12,470 nucleotides of DNA from NCBI GenBank assembly GCA_035644855.1, contig DASQNT010000290.1, positions 1 to 12,470 of the forward strand, in the 5' to 3' direction. This DNA is from Polyangiaceae bacterium. GTDB lineage: Bacteria > Myxococcota_A > Polyangia > Polyangiales > Polyangiaceae. Shown here one piece after another: positions 7,763-12,470 of the stretch; within the stretch, counting starts at the first letter, position 1, and each line of letters starts with the position of its first letter. The notes under the pieces are model-generated. The model was not told the DNA's origin. It worked only from the letters and a program-made list of their open reading frames with translations, and made no database searches. The position numbers and the translations under genes were made by a program.

Positions 7763-8431
7763 CTACTGCTTGCCGAAATTCTGGGTCCAGTAGTGCTTAT
7801 ACGTGGCGGTCGACGAGTATTGGTAGCCGACGCCCACGTGGACGTACGTCTTGCTCATGATGTTCTTGCAATGGCCCTCGCTGGCCATCCAGCCGTTCAC
7901 GGCGGCGGTGGGCGTCGTGTAGCCGGCGCCGATGTTCTCCGCCGCGGCCGTCCACGCGTAGCCGGCGCTGGTCATCCTCTGCGAGAACGTGGAGCCGTTC
8001 GAGCCCGTGTGGCTGAAGAAATTGTTGGTCCCCATGTCCTTCGAATGAACGCGCGCCGAGCACCGCAGGTTATCGTGCTTCGTGAGCGCAGGCGCAGGCC
8101 CGTAATACGTCGCCCCGCACGTCGCGCCGGCCGCGCGCTTCTGGTTGATCAGCGTGATCACCTCGGCCTCGAAGCTCGCCCAGTTGGCGTCCCAGGAGGT
8201 GACGTTGTTGCAGTACGGGGGGAGCAGGCCGTCGGGGAGCGATCCGTCGCCCGTCACCTCTTCGGCCTCGCCGATGACGCCCTCCTCCTGATCCTCCTCC
8301 GCGGTCTGATCCTCCTCCGCGGCGACCTCCTGCTCTCCATCGAGCTCCCCGTCGAAGGGTTCTTCAGAAGCGCACCCAGCCGTGAGCACGAGGAAAATTC
8401 CAATGGGAACGAGCGTCAATGAGCGCGTCAT
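7763..8431 (-). CDS. CAP/SCP/PR-1 superfamily (YkwD-like) lipoprotein with an acidic low-complexity linker
   Basis: ATG at 8431 with AAGGA 9 nt upstream (the ORF-track start at 8479 is TTG). Signal and lipobox MTRSLTLVPIGIFLVLTAGC-ASEE. Acidic linker (EEPFDGELDGEQEVAAEEDQTAEEDQEEG...). CAP motifs present: LINQKRAAG (HNxxR-like), FSHTGSNG, AENIGAGY (GEN motif), GHCKNIMSKTYVHVGVG, KHYWTQNFG (GHYTQVVW-like). Confidence 0.8.
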   Translation of the reverse strand: MTRSLTLVPIGIFLVLTAGCASEEPFDGELDGEQEVAAEEDQTAEEDQEEGVIGEAEEVTGDGSLPDGLLPPYCNNVTSWDANWASFEAEVITLINQKRAAGATCGATYYGPAPALTKHDNLRCSARVHSKDMGTNNFFSHTGSNGSTFSQRMTSAGYAWTAAAENIGAGYTTPTAAVNGWMASEGHCKNIMSKTYVHVGVGYQYSSTATYKHYWTQNFGKQ

Positions 8432-8648
8432 GGCGTGTCCTTTCCGAGCTGGGTGTCTCCCCCCGGAGCGCGTCGACAAATAGCTCGATTACGTCGCCCA
8501 AGACCACTCTTGGTAATGGTTCAATGCCCCTCGATCGAGGTGTGAGGCACATCGCTTCGCGGGAGGCTGCCAAAGGATGGAATCGCTGCCCGGAGCGAGA
8601 GGGAGAGGGAGCTTCTCCTCCGCCCCCGCCGCGGCTAGGCTGCCCGCC

Positions 8649-9173
8649 ATGGGCCTCTTGACTCCTGAAAAGCTCGACGATCTTATCGCCGCGGGCTGCT
8701 CTTCCTGCGGCGGCAATCGCCTCGCGTTCCGGATGTACGTCGACGGCCGCCTCCCCCTGATGGACGGCGAGCCGGTCGGCCGCCTGGGCTGGGCCTACGA
8801 CGGCGAGGCCTTCTGCGACGGGGTATTCGAGGTCAAGTGCGCCCGGTGCGCGGTGAGCCTCTTCGCCTCCGACGCGTGCCCGAGGTGCCATAAAGAGGGA
8901 GGCCTCGCCGTCGCGCTCTCCACTGAGAATGCCTTCCCGGTGCCGAGGGCGTGCCCGCGCTGCGAGCGCGAAGAGATCCAGTATTTCGCCATGGTGCCGG
9001 CGAGCACCGCCTACGAGGGGAAGCGCGCCGATAAAGCCCGGACACCGTCCGAAATCAACGACCCGGGCTTTCACGGGTTCAAAGCCTCCTGCAAGACGTG
9101 CGGCGTATTCGCCGAGCTCCGCGATCGCTGCGCCCTCTGCGACGCGCCGGGGCCGCTGCGCCCTCGAGCCTGA
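8649..9173 (+). CDS. Hypothetical cytoplasmic protein with six CxxC knuckles (three predicted zinc ribbons)
   Basis: ATG at 8649 (MGLLTPEKLDDLIAAGCSSCGG...). CxxC at C17/C20, C68/C71, C81/C84, C106/C109, C148/C151, C161/C164 with regular spacing. High GC3. The listed upstream extension from 8577 contains rare AGA/AGG/GGA codons and is probably leader. The antisense ORF 8364-9074 was rejected. Divergent from the CAP lipoprotein gene across a ~217-bp lower-GC promoter region. Confidence 0.55.
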   Translation: MGLLTPEKLDDLIAAGCSSCGGNRLAFRMYVDGRLPLMDGEPVGRLGWAYDGEAFCDGVFEVKCARCAVSLFASDACPRCHKEGGLAVALSTENAFPVPRACPRCEREEIQYFAMVPASTAYEGKRADKARTPSEINDPGFHGFKASCKTCGVFAELRDRCALCDAPGPLRPRA

Positions 9174-9192
9174 AGCCCGCAGCCGCCGGGCT
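9174..9192 (+). terminator. Short GC-rich hairpin immediately after the stop of the zinc-ribbon gene; possible weak intrinsic terminator
   Basis: AGCCCG-cagccgc-CGGGCT, a 6-bp stem with a 7-nt loop starting 1 nt after TGA (9171-9173). No U tract follows, so the call is weak. Confidence 0.2.
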
Positions 9193-9281
9193 CGGCGCGG
9201 ACGCTATGGCCGAGCCAGCCAAGCTCGGCGCCCGATTGCCCCGAGGCGGAGGCCTGAACGCGCTACACTGAGCCCGCCCCG

Positions 9282-10328
9282 ATGAACACGGACGACCAGA
9301 AGAGAATCGTTAGGCGCGACGCCCTCGGGGCGATCGCGGGCGCAAGCATCGCAGCGGCAGGCACCTCGATGGCCGGCTGCACCCCGGCTCAGAACGAGGC
9401 GGAGCCCCGGGCGGGAGATGCCTCGGGGCGCGCGCCGGGCGCTCAGGCGGCCGCCGCGAGCCCGGTGGGAGCCGACGACGCGAGCCTGAACGGCGGGGTC
9501 ACTCGAAAGCTCGGCAAGACGGGGCTCGACGTGGAGCCCGTGTCGCTGGGCGGCGAGGGGATCCTGAGGACCACCGGCCGCTACGGCGAGGCCGTGCCCA
9601 TGATCCTCGAGGCCCTGCATCTCGGCGTCCGCTATTGCGACACGGCCCCGGCCTACCAGCAGAGCCAGGACTACTACGGCGAGGCCTTCAGGGCCGCGGG
9701 CAAGGGCGCCCGCGAGCGCGTCACCCTGGCCTCAAAGACCCACGAGCGCAGCGAGAGCGGCGCCCTCCGCCTCCTCGACGACAGCCTCCGCAGGCTCGGC
9801 ACCAATTACCTCGATATATGGCAGCTCCACGACCTCCGGACGCCCGAGGACCTCGACGCGATCTTCAGCAAGGGAGGAGCCATCCACGCGGTCGAGAAGG
9901 CCAAGGCCGATAAGCGAATTCGCTTCGTCGGGATCACCGGCCACCACGACCCGGCCATCCTGGTCGAGGCCATGCGGCGATACCCGTTCGATACCGTCCT
10001 CTGCGCGCTGAACCCCTCGGATCCGAGGCGGATGCCGTTCCTCCAGACGGTCGTCCCTGAGGCTCGAAAGCGCGGGATGGGCGTCGTCGGGATGAAGGTG
10101 ATGTCGGCCGGGCGCCTGCTCAAAGACAGGGCGGCCACGAGCGAAGAGCTGATCCGGTACGCGACGAGCTTTGCCGACACGTCGATCATCGGCTGCTCAT
10201 CGATCAACGAGGTGCGCGAGAACCTCCGCGTCGGCAGGGCCGCCCGCCCCCTCTCGCCCGAGGCCCTCGCCGCGCTCGAGGCCCGTATCGCCCCGAACGC
10301 GGCCCGGTACGATTCCTACAAAGCCTGA
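9282..10328 (+). CDS. Aldo/keto reductase family oxidoreductase with an N-terminal twin-arginine (Tat) signal and a possible lipobox
   Basis: N-terminus MNTDDQKRIVRRDALGAIAGASIAAAGTSMAGC has an RR motif followed by a hydrophobic stretch, and MAGC may act as a lipobox. A Gly/Ala/Pro-rich linker is followed by AKR hallmarks: LGKTGLDVEPVSLG, YCDTAPAY, IWQLHD, mature domain about 280 aa. No clear SD precedes the ATG at 9282, so the start is uncertain by a few codons. Confidence 0.82.
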   Translation: MNTDDQKRIVRRDALGAIAGASIAAAGTSMAGCTPAQNEAEPRAGDASGRAPGAQAAAASPVGADDASLNGGVTRKLGKTGLDVEPVSLGGEGILRTTGRYGEAVPMILEALHLGVRYCDTAPAYQQSQDYYGEAFRAAGKGARERVTLASKTHERSESGALRLLDDSLRRLGTNYLDIWQLHDLRTPEDLDAIFSKGGAIHAVEKAKADKRIRFVGITGHHDPAILVEAMRRYPFDTVLCALNPSDPRRMPFLQTVVPEARKRGMGVVGMKVMSAGRLLKDRAATSEELIRYATSFADTSIIGCSSINEVRENLRVGRAARPLSPEALAALEARIAPNAARYDSYKA

Positions 10329-10331
10329 GCC

Positions 10332-11906
10332 CTATTCCTCGCGCTTGGCGCGCTGAACCGACGGCACGTTGAGCCCCGCCGAGCGCGCGAGCCCGAGCAC
10401 CCCCTCCACCGCCGACGCGATGTATCCAAACGGATTGGCCCCGTCCACCGCCGTAATGTGGACCTCGCCCATGTTCTGCTGGAACGCCGCCGCGAGCTGC
10501 GGGAGCTGCTGGGCCACCGTGAGCTGAATCACCTCCGGCGATATCGAGTTCTCCACCTCGCGGAGCGCCCGCGTCTTCGTGAGCTCGAGCTCCTGCGCGA
10601 GCCGCGCCTTCTGCACCTCGATCTCCGCGATCCCGAGCTCTGCCTCGGCCAGCGCCCGCCGCATCTGCGCGATCGCCGCCTGCTGCTGAAAAATTTCCAC
10701 CTCGTGCGCCGCCGCCTGGAGCTTCGCCGCGTGCCGCGCCGTCTCCGCCTCCGCCTCGCGGTGCACCCGCTCGATCTCGGCCTGCGCGTGCAGCGCCGCG
10801 ATCTGCCGCGCGTGCGCGAGCTCCACCTCCCGGAAGCGCGCCTCGGCCGCGATCTGATCGAGCTTCGCCTGCTCCTCCGCCGCCAGCCTGCGCTGCTTGA
10901 GCTCGAGCTCCGCCGCGAGCTTCGCGAGCTCGACGTGCCGGTTCGCCTGGATCTGCTTCTCCCTCGCCGTCACGTCGCCGGACACCTTCGCGTCCGTCAC
11001 GCGCGCCTCCGACGCGATCTCCGACAGGCGCGCCTGCTCGCTCGTCTCCTGCCGCCGCGTCTTGATCTCGTAGTCGGCCGCGAGCTTCGTGAGCTCGATG
11101 GCCCTCGCCGCCTCCGCCTCGCCCTGCTTCACCGCCCGCTCGGTGTTGAGCGACGCCTCGCGCGCCTGCCGCTCCTGCTCCTGCCGGTAGCGGGCCTGCA
11201 TGTTGCGGAAGACCGCCTCCGAGAGGACCTGCACGTCCTGGATCTCGATCGTGTCGATGATGATCCCCCAGCCCTTGTCGGTCTGGTCGTCGACGCGACC
11301 GTGGCCCGACACCACGGGGACGATCTCGCGAATCAGCTCCTCGGCGAGGCCCTCCTTGCGGCGCGTGAGGCACTCCTCGACCGAGAGGTTCGCGACGAGC
11401 CGCCGCACGGCGCCCACGAACATCTCGACGAGCAGCTCCTCGAGCTTCTCCTGCGCCCGCTCGGGGTAGGAGAAGTTCAGCATCCGGAACGCGATCAGCG
11501 GCTCCGCGATGCGGTAGACAGCCAGGCCCGTGACCTCGACGCCGACCTTCTCGATGGTCACCTGATCGGCCGAGAACTGAAGCTTTTGGACCGTGGTGGG
11601 GACGACGGAGACCGAGTCGCCCGGAAACTTGAAGCACGAGGCGCCCTGCCCCGACGTGGGCATGAGCTTGCCCCGCCGCATGTGGATCAAGAACTCGCTC
11701 GGGCGCGCGCTGATCCGGCCCCACTTCTTGAGCTTCTCGGGATCCTCGGCGGGCTTGCCGGCTCTCCAGCCGTCTTCGTAGCGGGGGCGTCGACCGCTCT
11801 GCCGCGCCGGGCGCTCCGGCGTCCCAGCCGCCGCCTCGAGCACGCCTGTGCCGATCCGCACGGCTCCGTTTCCGTTCACGACCCTGCGCTCTTCGCTCAC
11901 GTTCAT
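10332..11906 (-). CDS. Flotillin-like SPFH/band-7 domain protein (YqiK/FloT-like) with a long Glu/Ala-rich coiled-coil region
   Basis: ATG at 11906 with SD GGAGAGGTGA 6 nt upstream. SPFH-like core (RPSEFLIHMRRGKL...GDSVSVVPTTVQKLQFSADQVTIEKVGVEVTGLAVYRIAEP). Then about 250 aa of EA-rich heptad-like repeats typical of flotillins (AELELKQRRLAAEEQAKLDQIAAEARFREVELAHARQIAALHAQAEIERV...). The stop at 10332-10334 lies 3 nt from the convergent AKR stop. Confidence 0.85.
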   Translation of the reverse strand: MNVSEERRVVNGNGAVRIGTGVLEAAAGTPERPARQSGRRPRYEDGWRAGKPAEDPEKLKKWGRISARPSEFLIHMRRGKLMPTSGQGASCFKFPGDSVSVVPTTVQKLQFSADQVTIEKVGVEVTGLAVYRIAEPLIAFRMLNFSYPERAQEKLEELLVEMFVGAVRRLVANLSVEECLTRRKEGLAEELIREIVPVVSGHGRVDDQTDKGWGIIIDTIEIQDVQVLSEAVFRNMQARYRQEQERQAREASLNTERAVKQGEAEAARAIELTKLAADYEIKTRRQETSEQARLSEIASEARVTDAKVSGDVTAREKQIQANRHVELAKLAAELELKQRRLAAEEQAKLDQIAAEARFREVELAHARQIAALHAQAEIERVHREAEAETARHAAKLQAAAHEVEIFQQQAAIAQMRRALAEAELGIAEIEVQKARLAQELELTKTRALREVENSISPEVIQLTVAQQLPQLAAAFQQNMGEVHITAVDGANPFGYIASAVEGVLGLARSAGLNVPSVQRAKREE

Positions 11907-12392
11907 CGGCTCACCTCTCCTCGCGTTCTCTCGGGCGAGGGGAAGAGCAGGAACGGGGCCGCGTCGAAGGGGGGCGGTTTGCCGATCAAACGCGCTGTTT
12001 TGGAGCGAAAATCAGGCGTCTCCGGGCGGCGATCCGAGGCGGAGCAGGGGGTCGATCCAGGATGGAGCGGCTCGCTCAGCGACCCACGCGGGGCTCCCCC
12101 GCCGGCCGGTGATGCCGGCGGGGGGCCCTCTTTCGTTGCGCCCCAGCTCTCCGAAGGTTCACTTCCGAGAACCTCGATCGCGAAAGCCCGCGCCGTTGAC
12201 CGACGTGAGCTGCGGGCGATCGAGAAGAGCGCTCCCCGATCCGCAAGGTACTGCTATCGCTGCGACTGCTACTACTGGCGGGCCTGGCCGCCCCCCGGTC
12301 GGGCAGCTCTAGGAGCATGCGGCGTGCCACCGTGCAAGTTTATGTTTTATCTGGGGATTTCCTACGCTCAAGCCTCCCCATCGGACGAGCTT

Positions 12393-12443
12393 GTTTCCTG
12401 ACAGGAAACCCTTTTCCGGCGCCCCCGTTTCCTGAAAGGCAAC
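12393..12443. promoter_or_regulatory. Two operator-like dyad sites, GTTTCC-N5-GG(A/C)AAC, 34 bp apart in a locally AT-richer region at the window edge
   Basis: Perfect 17-bp palindrome GTTTCCTGaCAGGAAAC at 12393-12409. Second copy GTTTCCTGAAAGGCAAC at 12427-12443 (one mismatch). Both are preceded by CC. They lie upstream (minus-strand sense) of the flotillin gene or belong to a gene beyond the window end. Confidence 0.35.
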
Positions 12444-12470
12444 ACGCGTTCGCCGAGAGCTGCCCAAACA

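Noticed and set aside
7487-8422. 311-aa plus-strand ORF antisense to the CAP lipoprotein gene and the operon leader
   Set aside because: Arg/Gly/Ala low-complexity. The minus-strand frame has a lipobox and CAP motifs.
8364-9074. 236-aa minus-strand ORF antisense to the zinc-ribbon gene
   Set aside because: It would overlap the CAP gene start. The plus-strand frame has six regularly spaced CxxC pairs that are very unlikely by chance, and the minus frame has no features.
10204-12401. Long ORFs 10204-11724 (-) and 10458-12401 (+) overlapping the flotillin gene
   Set aside because: Gly/Arg/Ala or Leu/Arg low-complexity translations. The frame at 10332-11906 has an SPFH domain, EA coiled-coil and strong SD.

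Overview
This 12.47 kb window is mostly ~70% GC, consistent with a high-GC Gram-negative bacterium (lipoprotein and Tat signals, periplasmic binding protein). One island at roughly 330-970 drops to about 50-57% GC. I found no rRNA, tRNA, CRISPR array or recognisable transposase/integrase.

Contents from 5' to 3':
- 2-517 (+): the 3' end of a gene that continues upstream of the window. Its C-terminus carries a JAB/MPN-like HxH...S..D motif.
- 533-970 (+): a tightly coupled low-GC gene for a 145-aa Cys/His-rich protein, starting at GTG behind a strong Shine-Dalgarno.
- about 998-1141 (+): a short high-GC3 remnant with a YD(Rhs)-repeat-like peptide. Together with the two ORFs above this looks like a displaced-tip polymorphic-toxin/partner cassette, and it is the best candidate for something undescribed.
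- 1341-1454 and 1473-1496: a 35-bp-stem inverted repeat and a poly-C tract that forms a strong G-quadruplex motif on the minus strand.
- 1565-7543 (-): a six-gene ABC importer operon. Order is ATPase, ATPase, permease, permease, an about 87-aa DUF2160-like membrane protein, then a 593-aa lipoprotein binding protein. The architecture is that of rhizobial glycerol-type GlpSTPQUV systems. The two ATPases form an asymmetric pair with one degenerate nucleotide site.
- 7763-8431 (-): a CAP/SCP-domain lipoprotein with an acidic repeat linker.
- 8649-9173 (+): a divergently transcribed protein with six CxxC knuckles (three zinc ribbons).
- 9282-10328 (+): a Tat-signal aldo/keto reductase.
- 10332-11906 (-): a convergent flotillin/SPFH protein without an N-terminal TM anchor.
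- 12393-12443: two operator-like GTTTCC-N5-GGAAAC sites at the 3' edge.

The many long antisense ORFs are high-GC shadow frames and were rejected.
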